The notes below the pieces were generated by a model that did not search any database, was not told where the DNA came from, and saw only the letters and a list, made by a program, of their open reading frames with translations. A DNA stretch of 64,000 bases from a virus (Duplodnaviria > Caudoviricetes), in IMG/VR virus record IMGVR_UViG_3300004369_000013, positions 1,386 through 65,385 of that record. The stretch is one strand, 5' to 3'. Position numbers and translations under genes: made by a program. Shown in pieces: positions 19,955 through 32,000 of this stretch (position 1 is its first letter; the number at the start of each line of letters is the position of its first letter).

Positions 19955-20913
19955 GATATATTTTCTCCGAGATCTATATCATATATTGTACCACTTGTGG
20001 TAATTTGAGTTTCAATCTGTTCGTCACTGTTTATACCAACAAACTCAATTACTAAGTCTCCTAGGGCATTTATGTATACGTTCTCGCCGTTTGGTCCGTT
20101 ACCCTCGTTTGGAATTTTATCCTCTAGTTTTATTGAAAACCCAGAAAAATATTTATCTCCAGTTTGTTGAAGACCAAGAATATTGTTAGGATTATACCTT
20201 TGCTGTATGGACGACAAATTTTTAATAGGTTGATAAGATATTTTTTGACCATTAACGATATCAGACCTTGTAATATTAATTAATTCTATTCCCCCAATAT
20301 TTTCAAATATTAAATCTGCCATTGTATCTATTGGCGTTGATTCATCATCAAACAAAATAATATCAGGTGTTGCTGTTTTAACTGGTGGCGGAGGGGGCGA
20401 TACAATTGCTGCAGATATTGCCGATGGAGTTAGCGGTGTTGGCTTTACAGACTCACTCACATAAAAACTTAAAGGGCTTGATGTTATATTTGTATTTGTT
20501 TCTACCTTTGGGGCTATTTTTGGAACAATAGTGGGGGGTTGAATTGATTCTGGCTTTTTCTCTGGCACATATGGCAGCGGCACTGATGCTGGCTCTAATT
20601 TTGGAGCCACCTTGGGGGCGGGTACTGGTGCTGGTGCTGGTGTTGGGGCTGCTTTGGAGCGAGATACTTTTGATGGAATAACAACCTTTGTTCCAGCAAA
20701 TATTGTATTTCCACCCTTATATTTTGGGTCTTCTGTAAATTTTGGATTAGCAGCAAGAATTGCTTTTACGGTGGTGTTGTTTTCTCTTGCAATAGAAGAA
20801 AGGGTGTCTCCTCTTTCTACTTCAACCTTTGTTGATTTTTTTGATTTAGAGGTTGTAGTTTCTTTTGATTCAGTGCTTCCATCACCATCAATTAGAGGTC
20901 CCAAATATCTCAT
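19951..20913 (-). CDS. LysM-domain virion protein with Pro-rich linker
   Basis: VERGDTLSSIARENNTTVKAILAANP...IFAGTKVVIP. Confidence 0.8.
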   Translation of the reverse strand: MRYLGPLIDGDGSTESKETTTSKSKKSTKVEVERGDTLSSIARENNTTVKAILAANPKFTEDPKYKGGNTIFAGTKVVIPSKVSRSKAAPTPAPAPVPAPKVAPKLEPASVPLPYVPEKKPESIQPPTIVPKIAPKVETNTNITSSPLSFYVSESVKPTPLTPSAISAAIVSPPPPPVKTATPDIILFDDESTPIDTMADLIFENIGGIELINITRSDIVNGQKISYQPIKNLSSIQQRYNPNNILGLQQTGDKYFSGFSIKLEDKIPNEGNGPNGENVYINALGDLVIEFVGINSDEQIETQITTSGTIYDIDLGENIS

Positions 20914-20914
20914 T

Positions 20915-23900
20915 TTATACCTCCGCCAAATAAAGTGTCATTTCAGGACCACTTATTCTTCTTGTATAATCAATATTATATACTATAAACCTAGAAGTGT
21001 CTTCTGTTACTAAATCTAAATTATTAGAATCTTTGTAATTAATTGTAACAATATCGCCAAGTTGAATAGTTGGAGTTGTAAAAATTTTTATTCCAATAGA
21101 TTTTTTAGGCACCATTAACTTATCTATAAGCCAACCCATTAGGTTTTCAGCGTCATCGTGTGTTTGAATATATGGGGTGTCCAAAGTAAACTCATTATTG
21201 CCGTATATCATTCTGCTTAATTTTATATTATCAAATTGTTCTTTTTCAATAAGTGGAGAAATAATTTGAGACGAAGAGTCTAGTTGTGGATTAGAAAAGT
21301 TACTACGTTTTTTAAAATATTCATCAACGGTCAATTCATGAGTCGTGTCCTGGGTAAATGTAACTCCTTGAATTCTTAAATAATTTCCACTAGTTTCATC
21401 AAGATTAATTGCTGTATCTGTAGCATTAAAGATTAAAAATTCAGCGCCGTAGGAATCAGCATAAAATCCAGACGTTGTATAACCTTTTATTTTATTAAAT
21501 GTTGGAGATAGTTGTGCATAAAGAGCAGGGTAGGCACGGTCATACTTAATATCAAAATACGCACATTCACGCATGATAGTTCCAAATTCTTCAAAGTATA
21601 AATTATATTTAGGTGATTCTTGAGAACTAATTCCAGATAAATAGGTTGACTGAACAATTCCACTCATCGCATACCTTCTAAAAGATTCACTGGCATTTAT
21701 TTCTTTATTTTCAAATGCTGATGAAAGTGTTTCTCCAACCGTAAAAATACTGTTTTGAGAATAATTTTCAGATAGTGCATAAATATTTTCAAACATAACC
21801 CTAGAAGATCCACGAACAAATGGAGCCATGTTGTTGTGTATTGGAAGCGGATCTGGGTCGTCTACAACTTGAATCAACTGATTATTAATATACAAAAAGA
21901 ATCTTCTAATTTTTCCTATGTCTTGATACTCTACTGCCAAATCATAGACTGTCGGATTTTCTTCACCAGCCATTCTGTATTGACCTGTAAACCTACCATC
22001 ATCAACGATAATCTTTGACAATCCGCCCCAAAGTTTTACTGGTATTGCTTCTGTGTTAGCAGAATTTTTTTTAATTTTATAGAACACTACATTATTAATT
22101 GAAATATTAGACCTATTGTTTTTATCTAAATTTAAGTACGACTCTACATTTTGCTCCGTTAGAGCAACAATTTCAAAATAATAACCGTTGTTTGTTTCTG
22201 GATTAAGCAATACTGCCAAACCGCCAGAGCCTCCAGCAATGTTTACGTTTTGATCTGGCCTTACTCCAGCAACCTGATAATACGTAACGCTTCCTGTTGG
22301 AGTCTGACTACGAATTTCATTATTTTCAATTTTTCCAATAATTCTTATTCTGGCCCCAAAATGTTTGTATGCACTGTCTAAGTCTTTATAAACATATGAA
22401 ACTAAATCAATAGGATTTTCTGTTGTAGCAAAAGATGGTCCATTCATAACTAAAGCAGAAGACTGTATTGTTCCAGACTGCGTTGACAGTGTGCCATTAA
22501 CTGACGTTTCAGTTGAATAACTTGAAGACATAAAGTTTTTTATAGTTCCATTTCTTGATGTTTGTCTTGCCTTGGTATTGTTAATTCCTGCTGCACCTGT
22601 TGTTGTTGATGGTGTTGATATGTCTTCAAGTAATGTAGTTGTAAATAAATACTCTGTCTTCATTTCACAGCCCCTGACATAATCATTATTTGACCAATAA
22701 GAGCCTATTCCTGCAGAGTGTGTAGCGATTGATGTTCCAAATTGTGCACGTCCATGCTCATAAACTGATCCATTTTGTAAACGAGTAATTCCTTCAATTT
22801 CTTCATAGAATGGAACAGTGTATATTCTAACCAATCCTGTAGGGTATATTTTTCCATTAAATGGCAACGACTTAAAATAATTTTGATATTCCTGATTGTT
22901 TGTAATCCAGACATTACTGCTTCCTTGTCTGTGTGAGGCTCTCCATCCCTGAATTTCTTGTCCTTTTTGCGCCTCTGTAATTTGTCCACTTGCAACTTTC
23001 TTATCTAAAGCATCAATAAAATTAGTTGGAGCCAGTCTTCCAGGCAAAACGATTTGTGGCGAAGAGTCTAATAAAGATCCATCCGATTGAATCGGATACC
23101 AAATTGCAAGCGTAACATTAAATTGAGCAGCGTCATATCTAATAATTTCTCCATTAGAATAAAAATATCCTTGATATCTAGTAAGCCAATAAACGTTTTC
23201 TCCAAGGTCTATTACATTATTTTGAATTTTATGATTAACCACTGTTGGAACGTTATTGGATAGATCTGAATTTATTGGCATTGCTCCAAGAACATATTTT
23301 GATTGTTTAGACGCAACCTCATTAATTGTTTTTGTTGAATCCGTTCCAGATGCCTCCCAAAGTAATGATGGCTTATATATCCAGGTTTTTTCTTGATCAA
23401 CCATGCTTGCTTGACGAATATTTCCATAAGACCTTTGAATATATCTAGTTGTATAATTAATTTTTCCATTATTATAAACTTTTTTATCTTCAGATGCTAT
23501 TGATAAAATATTAGGTAAGTTTCCCGATGTTTGATTTTCAATTATTCCACTAACAGATTGATTGTTTGATCCAGACAAAACAAAGTTAGTTTCTCTATCA
23601 TTTTCTGTTGGCAACATATAGTTTTTGCTCATTATAATAAAATTATTATATTCATCAAAAAACATTGCGCTTTGTGTTGCTACTGCCAATTGATTTAAAA
23701 CCTCTGCTACAGTTTGATCTGGCGCAATAAAAAAATATGGAATTATTGCTTCTGGCTCATCTGTATTTCTGTAAAAGGTGTAGTTGCTAAAACCAATATA
23801 ATCAAGAATTAAAGTAATGGCGTAACTAAGTGATACTTCTGTAACCAACATTCTTGGGGCTGGCATAGACTCTAGAAAGAAATAAAAGTCTCTTAGGTAT

Positions 23901-25420
23901 AAGTCTAATGTTCCAGCAGTTACATCTGCCTGTGGAAACCCGTCTGAGTACAAGGTTTTAATTGGTACCCAGTAATCATATCCACTTGCATTTAATATTT
24001 TTTCATAAAAATTAAACTTTATATTTTTACGAATATAGTCACTAACAATACTATTATTGTTGTTATCATTCAATGCTTGATCGTCATCAAATATAGATAA
24101 ATTTCCAGTTGAGGCCAACAACTGTCCTACTGGTAAAGAAGAATTTCCTAGGTCTGAAAGCATTTTTTTAACACTGTACTCTATAACTTTGTCAGATATG
24201 TTGGCAACAAGTCTTGGTGACATTTCAATTAAATCAAAAGTAGAGTCAAACTTGTTCATTCTTTCTACAACAACTCTTAATCCACGAATATTTTGAAACT
24301 CTCTATAGATTGTTTTTCCATTTAATGTTTCTGTAAAGGACAATGGCGATGTTAAGTCTGTTACAAAACTTGTCTTATTGTCAATTCTCTCGTCCCCTAA
24401 AATCCAACCGTATGCTGGCACAAAAGTTTCATATTCTTCTGTGGTTGAATCCCAAACATTAAATATTCCAGCCTCTCCTTCATTTTCAACCACTAAATAT
24501 GCGTACCCATTAGTTGATTCTTCTGGTAACAATGTTGAAGAAGAGAGTGTTTGTGCTATAACAAAACTATCTTTAAATTTATTTGGAATATTTTTTAATC
24601 CATACTGCAACTCAACATATCCATCGTGACCAACAATAGGAAGTCCATTGTCACGAGTATCGTTTTCAGTAAATACATAAGCATCTACCCAGTTATTTTC
24701 TTCAAGATACTGAATCTTCCATCTTGTTGGAGTTGTTTTGTTTGCATCACCATACAGCGGATCTGAAAATGTTTTAGATATATCAGTAAACCCTCCTAGG
24801 TCTATATCTCCAACATTTGTCTGCATTTTTACAATAATTCGGTTTGATGGAACATCCTCTTTGTACACTACAAAAGGTACGGCGTCGTCTATGTAGTAAT
24901 TATTATTAACAATGGTTTTAGCAATGCCTCGCTCAATGCCGTCCTCGGTTCTAAAAGAAGTCCAATATTTAAATTGATCATATCTTGATGGCATATAATA
25001 TCTTGGTCGTCTTGCAATATCTTTTCCAGAGTTTGCTAAAAATTTGCCATTAAAAAATACTGCTTTATTAATTCCAGACCTTGGTCTAAATGGCTTTATG
25101 CAATCTTCTAGGGAATACAATAATTTAGTTTTTTCTTTTATTGAAGTAAATGCTTGAGTTGTTCCATTATTTTGAAATCCACCATCAACAACAACATCTG
25201 CATCTGTTGCTCCTGTATAAAATAAACCAACATCTGCTGAGTCAAAAGTATTTATTAATGTTAAAAATTGAGAATTTTGTTCTTGAGGTCTATATCTATA
25301 GTTTCCAAGTTTAAATATATTATCTGGCATGTTCATATTCCATTCAGCCAGAACTAAAGATTCTGTTTTTATCGTTGCAGATGTTTCAAAATGATTTTTT
25401 AATTCAGCACTTTCAAACAT
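20915..25420 (-). CDS. Large tail tip/central tail protein
   Basis: 1501 aa; second gene downstream of the tape measure gene. Confidence 0.65.
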   Translation of the reverse strand: MFESAELKNHFETSATIKTESLVLAEWNMNMPDNIFKLGNYRYRPQEQNSQFLTLINTFDSADVGLFYTGATDADVVVDGGFQNNGTTQAFTSIKEKTKLLYSLEDCIKPFRPRSGINKAVFFNGKFLANSGKDIARRPRYYMPSRYDQFKYWTSFRTEDGIERGIAKTIVNNNYYIDDAVPFVVYKEDVPSNRIIVKMQTNVGDIDLGGFTDISKTFSDPLYGDANKTTPTRWKIQYLEENNWVDAYVFTENDTRDNGLPIVGHDGYVELQYGLKNIPNKFKDSFVIAQTLSSSTLLPEESTNGYAYLVVENEGEAGIFNVWDSTTEEYETFVPAYGWILGDERIDNKTSFVTDLTSPLSFTETLNGKTIYREFQNIRGLRVVVERMNKFDSTFDLIEMSPRLVANISDKVIEYSVKKMLSDLGNSSLPVGQLLASTGNLSIFDDDQALNDNNNNSIVSDYIRKNIKFNFYEKILNASGYDYWVPIKTLYSDGFPQADVTAGTLDLYLRDFYFFLESMPAPRMLVTEVSLSYAITLILDYIGFSNYTFYRNTDEPEAIIPYFFIAPDQTVAEVLNQLAVATQSAMFFDEYNNFIIMSKNYMLPTENDRETNFVLSGSNNQSVSGIIENQTSGNLPNILSIASEDKKVYNNGKINYTTRYIQRSYGNIRQASMVDQEKTWIYKPSLLWEASGTDSTKTINEVASKQSKYVLGAMPINSDLSNNVPTVVNHKIQNNVIDLGENVYWLTRYQGYFYSNGEIIRYDAAQFNVTLAIWYPIQSDGSLLDSSPQIVLPGRLAPTNFIDALDKKVASGQITEAQKGQEIQGWRASHRQGSSNVWITNNQEYQNYFKSLPFNGKIYPTGLVRIYTVPFYEEIEGITRLQNGSVYEHGRAQFGTSIATHSAGIGSYWSNNDYVRGCEMKTEYLFTTTLLEDISTPSTTTGAAGINNTKARQTSRNGTIKNFMSSSYSTETSVNGTLSTQSGTIQSSALVMNGPSFATTENPIDLVSYVYKDLDSAYKHFGARIRIIGKIENNEIRSQTPTGSVTYYQVAGVRPDQNVNIAGGSGGLAVLLNPETNNGYYFEIVALTEQNVESYLNLDKNNRSNISINNVVFYKIKKNSANTEAIPVKLWGGLSKIIVDDGRFTGQYRMAGEENPTVYDLAVEYQDIGKIRRFFLYINNQLIQVVDDPDPLPIHNNMAPFVRGSSRVMFENIYALSENYSQNSIFTVGETLSSAFENKEINASESFRRYAMSGIVQSTYLSGISSQESPKYNLYFEEFGTIMRECAYFDIKYDRAYPALYAQLSPTFNKIKGYTTSGFYADSYGAEFLIFNATDTAINLDETSGNYLRIQGVTFTQDTTHELTVDEYFKKRSNFSNPQLDSSSQIISPLIEKEQFDNIKLSRMIYGNNEFTLDTPYIQTHDDAENLMGWLIDKLMVPKKSIGIKIFTTPTIQLGDIVTINYKDSNNLDLVTEDTSRFIVYNIDYTRRISGPEMTLYLAEV

Positions 25421-26056
25421 TTAAACTTCTTCTAACGTTACGGATATGTTCCAAAGGTCGTGATTTGTTGCACCACGCTTTACTACTGAATAGTTAAAGT
25501 CTGCAAAATAAACCTCAATTATTTGATTATATCTGTTCAAAGCACTATATTGATAGTCCTGACCTTCTAGGTTTGTATATTTGTCATAAGCGAGGTACAT
25601 AAAAAATGGACCTTGATGTGTTTCATACCAGTCAAGAATTTCTACGCCACCAGCACCGCCGTCTGCCGTGTATTCCGCTGAAGATGCTTCGCTTGGTGCT
25701 ATTCCTGTTGATTCATTAAAATTAGCCAAACCCGCATACCCTCTTGAAGGAATCATGTTCCATGACACAGACATGCTTAATTTATCTGCAATATGATAAG
25801 AACGCATACGGCCATTAATTGTTCTTGTTCGCTGTTCAATTCTTTGGGTAGTAAACTGCATATCTCCCCTATTATGATCAGACAAAATAATAAACTGATC
25901 CAGTAGATCTGGATCTGTTTCTGCCGTAGAGGCTCCTACCTCTATGCCATTGGGCACGTATAGGCCATTAGAGAGGGTGCCAGAGTTGTTTGACCATAAT
26001 ATACCCTGCGGTCTTGTATACCTGCGTCTGCCCGTTAAATAAGCACTAGTAGCCAT
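25421..26056 (-). CDS. Distal tail protein-like
   Basis: Directly follows the tape measure gene; RTINGRMR...WNISVTLEEV. Confidence 0.6.
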   Translation of the reverse strand: MATSAYLTGRRRYTRPQGILWSNNSGTLSNGLYVPNGIEVGASTAETDPDLLDQFIILSDHNRGDMQFTTQRIEQRTRTINGRMRSYHIADKLSMSVSWNMIPSRGYAGLANFNESTGIAPSEASSAEYTADGGAGGVEILDWYETHQGPFFMYLAYDKYTNLEGQDYQYSALNRYNQIIEVYFADFNYSVVKRGATNHDLWNISVTLEEV

Positions 26057-29000
26057 TAGACCCTTTGCCCCCTAACTCTTTGTAAGTCAACATTTTTGAT
26101 TTCTCTCATTACGACGTTAGCAATATCTTTTGCATTTGCGTTGCTTCCATTAATGTTAAACCCTAAATTATAATTATACACTGCCGTTGAGTTATCGCTT
26201 ACAGATTTTGAAATGTTGTTGACTGGAGTCTGTGAGCCAATGCCATTTCCAATCATTGAAGGATATTTTGATTCATTTAGCATTGACAGCATTGGGCCAA
26301 ACCGTTCACTTGCCCTTCTATTCATTACAAACTCTCCAGGAGTTAGCATCGCTGGAACGCTATCAGAGCCTATGCGTCCACCAGCAGCCATGTATTTGGG
26401 TACCACGCCACCATAATTCATTGATATGAATTTGCCACCAACTGTTGAACCAGATGCTGATGAGGAAAGCCCAGTTACAACAGTTCTACCATCAACAACC
26501 CTTGTTCCTGTGACGGTTGAACCAGAAGAAGATCCAGAACTTATTGTTTTCTGTATGGTTGTAAGGGTAACAACCTTGCTTTGTATATCATTCCAGTTCT
26601 TAAGCATTGCTGCTGTTTTACTTTCAATACCCGCCATTGTTGTATCAAAACCATCTGCCTTTATTTTTGCTGCATCAATACCAGCCTGGGTTTCTTCCCA
26701 CTTTTCTCTTTGTGCTTCAATTGCATCAATTTCAGCCTGAAGTATTTTTTGTCTGGCATCTAATTGTCTATTAATTGGCTCTATGATCTCTTCATTAATT
26801 TTATATATTTCATCTTCAAGAACTCTAATCTTTAATAATTCATCTTCTTTTCTTTCTTGAAGGATATAGATTTGATCTTCAATGCCACGAATTTTATCTA
26901 ACAGAGGAACTCTTGCTTGCTCTAATCTATATATTACATCTTGCTTTGCAAGTATCTGTGCCTGAACCACATCACGATTTTGTTCTAATTGATAAGTTTG
27001 TTGTGATATCTGGAACTGTCTTTCTTCTGCCTGTACCTTCGTCAAACCGCCAGCAGTACGTAGACCCGCAAGTTCGGCTTCTCTAGCCTGTCCAAGTGCC
27101 CCTCCAGAACGCTCTACAGCAGAAGCGGCTGCAGCGGCTCGCATATCTTGTGCTGCTTGTGCTGCTGCTGAAATGTCTCCACTTGTAATTGCATCAGCAA
27201 GACCGATTCTTTGTTTTTCTTGTGAAATAATTTCTTGATTGAGTTCGGATATCTTACTAAGGGCTTCTTCTTGTGCATCATATTTTTTATTAATTTCATC
27301 TGCTACACGACTTAAAATAGATAAATCATTTGCTAACTTTCCAGACTCATCTTGTAAGGCCTGAATTGGTCTGTCAAATTGTTCTTCAATTTGTCTCTGT
27401 AAACCATTTATTTCTCTTTGAAGTCCATCTATAGGCCTATCAAACTGAAGTTCAATATTGCGTTGAACATCATCAATTTGTTCTCTCATTGCCTCCATTG
27501 GACGATCAAACTCTAACTCAACATTACGACTTGCATCATCAATTGATTCTTGATACTCTTCAACTTTATCTTTTGCTTTTTCCAAAGCAGTTTCAATTGA
27601 ATAAGAAACTCCCTCAAATGTTACTTTAGTATTTTGTAACCATTTTTTATATGTATTGTTTGCTTGGTTTTCAAGAAAGTTATAGAACCTTTCAGCCTTT
27701 TCTCTTGCTTTATCAAAATCACTTTGTATTTTTGCTAATGGATTTTTTAATCCAGCGATGGCATCTTCTAGATCTTCAATTTTTGGCTGATTCTTAATTA
27801 AGTCTTGAACTATTGGATCATTAATACCCTTGCTTGCAATCTGATCTGCTAATTCTTGATTACTTGCAATATAATCTAACAACTCTTCGCTTGTTATTCC
27901 AGATGCTCTTGCTGCAGATAGTGCAGTTATTACTGTACTTAGGTTTGTAATTTTATCTTGAACGCTTGCGCCAAGATTTTGCACCTCAAGGTTTAAATCT
28001 TTAATTTCATCTTTTGCTTTCTTAGCATCCTTGCCCATTTTAACAAGTTCTTTAGATGAAATGCTCTTGCTATTTATGGCTACTGCTAAAGATGCATCTG
28101 CTACCATCTCTAAGGCTGTTGCATTATCTACTCCAGCAGCCTTTAGTCTTAATAGTGCTGCTCGCTGTGCAAGAGTATCTTGAATTGTTTGAGCCTGAGT
28201 AACCTGAAACTCACCTATAACCTTTTCATTAAATGCCTCTTTAAGTGCTTTTCCTTGTTTTGTTAAAACTACCTCGCCATTTTTAATATTCATGTATGTC
28301 TTGCGAGTTTTATTGTCTAGGCTTTCTAGGAATGAAATAAATTCTCTACTTGCCCCACCCTTTGCTCCAGCCATTAACTGTTGCATTACTCCGCCAAATT
28401 TTTGTAAACCTTGACCGCTGGTTATTTTTAATAACTCTTTTACCCCACCCTGAGCATCAATAGATGCTTTACGAATAAATTTAAGTCTTTTTAATAGTTC
28501 GTCTAAAGTTGTGTTCCTATTTTTATTAGCGTTAGTATCATCAACAATGTCGCCTCCTGGAACTGGTCCCAGCAATGTTCCACCTTTTGCAATTAATTCT
28601 GCTGCACTTTTGCCAGCAGCAGAGCCAAAGCCTTTAAAGTTAGGATCGTTGGATACAACATCAAAGGCAACCTTTAAGTTTTTACTTACAGTATCTTTGC
28701 CTTCAGACAATATGGTCCATTGATCATAAAATGCTTTCCATTCTCCTGGCTTTTCTTCAGCAAGTTTTGCTACCACATCTTTTGTTAATACATCTGGCAA
28801 TGTTTCAATTTGCTTTAATGCATTTGTTGTGGTAATAATTTGCTGTATTCCATTGGCCTTGAGATCAAGAGTAATCCCATACGTAGGATTTATTTGATTT
28901 AAGAAACTTAAAGCCTGCATGTCTTTATCAAAATCTTCGGTATTGCTATTAACATACCTAAGCATGAGGGATCTTGTTTCGTCTGTAGCGCCTTGGGATG

Positions 29001-32000
29001 GCAATAGTTGTGCTATCAATGCAGCATCTGCAAGCCCTTGCTTATCAACTAAAAGATTAAATGATGTTTCAAATCCTTTATTTCCTGCTGCAGTTGAAAG
29101 AATTTTTGCAATTACAGCAGGGCCAACTTGTCCAGAAGCAAGTCCTATCTGTAGTCTTGTTTTAAAGTCTGACTTCTCTAATTCATTTAAGGCCTCTATT
29201 GCCTGATCTTTAAAGACAGCCATTGGACCTTCTTTATACATTACGTCTGCTGCAGCCTTAATGCCTTTTGTAAATGCCTCTTCGCCCAACTGATCTCTTT
29301 GACTTACTAATAAACTTAACGCATTTGCATTACTTGCATTTAGTTGATCAAGAGCATTTTTTCTCTCATCCTGAATTGTTTTTATTTGTTCTTCTGTTTT
29401 TGCAGATTTTAATTTTATATCGTATTGCTTATTTAGTGAATCTACAAGTCCTTGATTTTGTGCTACTTCCTGTATTCCAAGTTCAACTGCTGCTGCTGCA
29501 AGTTTAACATTGACGGCTTTTCTCTTATTGGAATCTGCTTCGCCCAGCATCATTGCTCCTGCGCCTGCTGCTGCTATTCCCGCTCCTGCTGCAACTCCTC
29601 CAGTAAGAACTGTTGCTGCAATTCCTGTTGCTATTAATCCAAATCCAGCAACCCTAGCCAACACATTTGGGGCTGTTGCTTCACTAATAGCGCCTTCAAT
29701 TGCGGTTTTAAATGAATCAGACTGCCTTTGCATGGACTCTTTTTGTATTTGTAATGTTACCTGCAGTGGATCTGATGCAAGGTTTTCACCGTTAGGACCA
29801 ATTAAACTTATAAGTTTTCCACTGACCAAGGCTGGAATCTCATAACTTCCAAGGCTTTCTCCAAGTGCTGCAGCAATACTTCTTGCTTGAGTTGTTGTTA
29901 CTGCCCCTTGTGCAACTGCAACCGCTAAATTATTTGCAAGATTTTGAGATATTTCCTTAATTGACTTACCACTCTTGGACTGAGTTTCTATGTCAGCAAG
30001 TATTTGTTTTCCAAATTCACTATCAAGTACATTTTGCCCAAATTGTCTTTGTCCTTCAACCGTTCCAGAAACAATATTTTGTCTTCTTCTTGCAGCCTCT
30101 TCACTTGCACTAACTGTTCCAGAAATAACCGATAAATCTACCAACTTTTTAGATGTCATAGACATAGCATTAGCAAGAGCAATTCCTTCTTGTCTTGCTT
30201 TTTCTATGTCCTTGGCCATTTTAAATAGTATTCCGCCAACAAGAGCAAGGCCCGCAACCATTGCAACAAAAGGATTTGCAAGCAGTGGAAGTAGTGCTAC
30301 TATACCCTGCAATCCAAAAACAAAAGGCATTAAGGTTTGAGCAGTTTCTCCTAACTTACCGCCAGCAAAAGATGCTGCGATTGTAAGTCCAGAAATTGCA
30401 CCTATGCCAAGGCTTGCTTTTGAACTAAATTGAGACAATTTTTGTTTAGTTGTTTTTTGAGCCTCTGTGGACTCATTCATTGCACTTGTTAGTTTGCTTT
30501 CTGCTGCTATACGTTTTTTGGCTTCATTTAAACTTATCTTTTCTGTTGCTGCCAGCAATTGTGCACGAGATAGTCTTGCTGATTGAGATATTTCTCCAAG
30601 TGTAGTGCTTCCAGTTCTTGGATCAACCTGTGGTGCATTTGCAAAACCACGTAGCCTTCTCATCCTTTGAACGATAGTTTCGTTTGGACCAAGAGTTGTT
30701 GTTCTATTATCTGAAACATTTCTACTGGTTGTTCCAACAGAGGCTGGCTTTCTTGAGGTGTTTTGTCCTGTTAAAGGTGTTAAATTGCCTTTTGAGTCAA
30801 CCTTGTATTCTCCCCTAGCCCTAACAGCAACAGTTTCTCTTTGAGGCTGTCTACCAATTAGCCTATCAAATGCATCATTTAATGATTTAGTAACTCTAAG
30901 AACCTGTCGTCCTCCACCCAAAAACTCTCTTTGTGATTTAAATTTTCCATCAATCAATGCATTAATTACATTATTTTTTGTAATTTTTCCATCCGTTATT
31001 TCAGGTCTTCTATAAGCAACGATTTCACCTGCATCGTTTAACCTAGTAGGAACCTGTAAATTTGGATTAAGTTTCTTTAATTCAATTAATTTTTTAACTA
31101 ACACTGGGTTTGAACGAGTTTTTTGTACTGCCTTAATTACATCATCAATTGGCTTTAATTTATTTGTTACGATTGACGATCCACCGACTGCGCTTGAAGA
31201 CACTCCGCCGAGTAAAGATGCTGCTGCTCTAGATATTACTGGATCTCCAGATTTAGCAAGCGCCCCCATAATTCCAGTTCTTTCGTTACCCATTCTAGAG
31301 TAAATCATTTTGTCATTAATTAAAGCATTGTCTGGTAAAGAACTTAAAGATTTTAACAAATTTGTTCTAATTTGGTTTGATACTCTAAACGCTTCTTTAT
31401 CTGGAATTCCTCGCTTAATAAGATTTTGTGTCATTGTTCTTAAAGAGTTATCATCAATAAGTGCTCTTCTATAATCGCCAGCAAAAACCGTTGAATTTTT
31501 TCTGTTCAGTTGTGCATTCATTTCTTTAGGAATGTCAAAACCAACAGAAGTATATATGTTTTCTCTTCCAAAACCAAGTCTTCTAAACTGTTCTGAAACC
31601 TTTTTTCCAGAAACTTGTCTTCTATCTACGGCATGTCCAAATGCTAGTGCAGGCTGTGCGTCTCCAGTCCCAGTAGCAAATGCCTGTAGGTTGCCACTAA
31701 GCATTGCATCAATGATTGGCTGAAATTGTGGATCTTGTGCTATATCTGTTGGAATTACCGCTTCTCCAGGCATCAAAACTGCAGGAACATTATCCTTTCT
31801 TCCCTTGCCTGGAACAGATGCTGTTCCTCTTGCAAATTTCTTTGGTGCACCTCCTCTGCCAGGGATCATCATTCCTGGATTTGTCCTAGCAAAGTTTGCT
31901 GCTGCTACGGTTGCATCAATATATGCCTGACGAAGTAATCTAACTGCAGATGCTTCAATATTAAATTGTTGTGTAAGTCTGCTATGTGCCTGGTTTAAAG

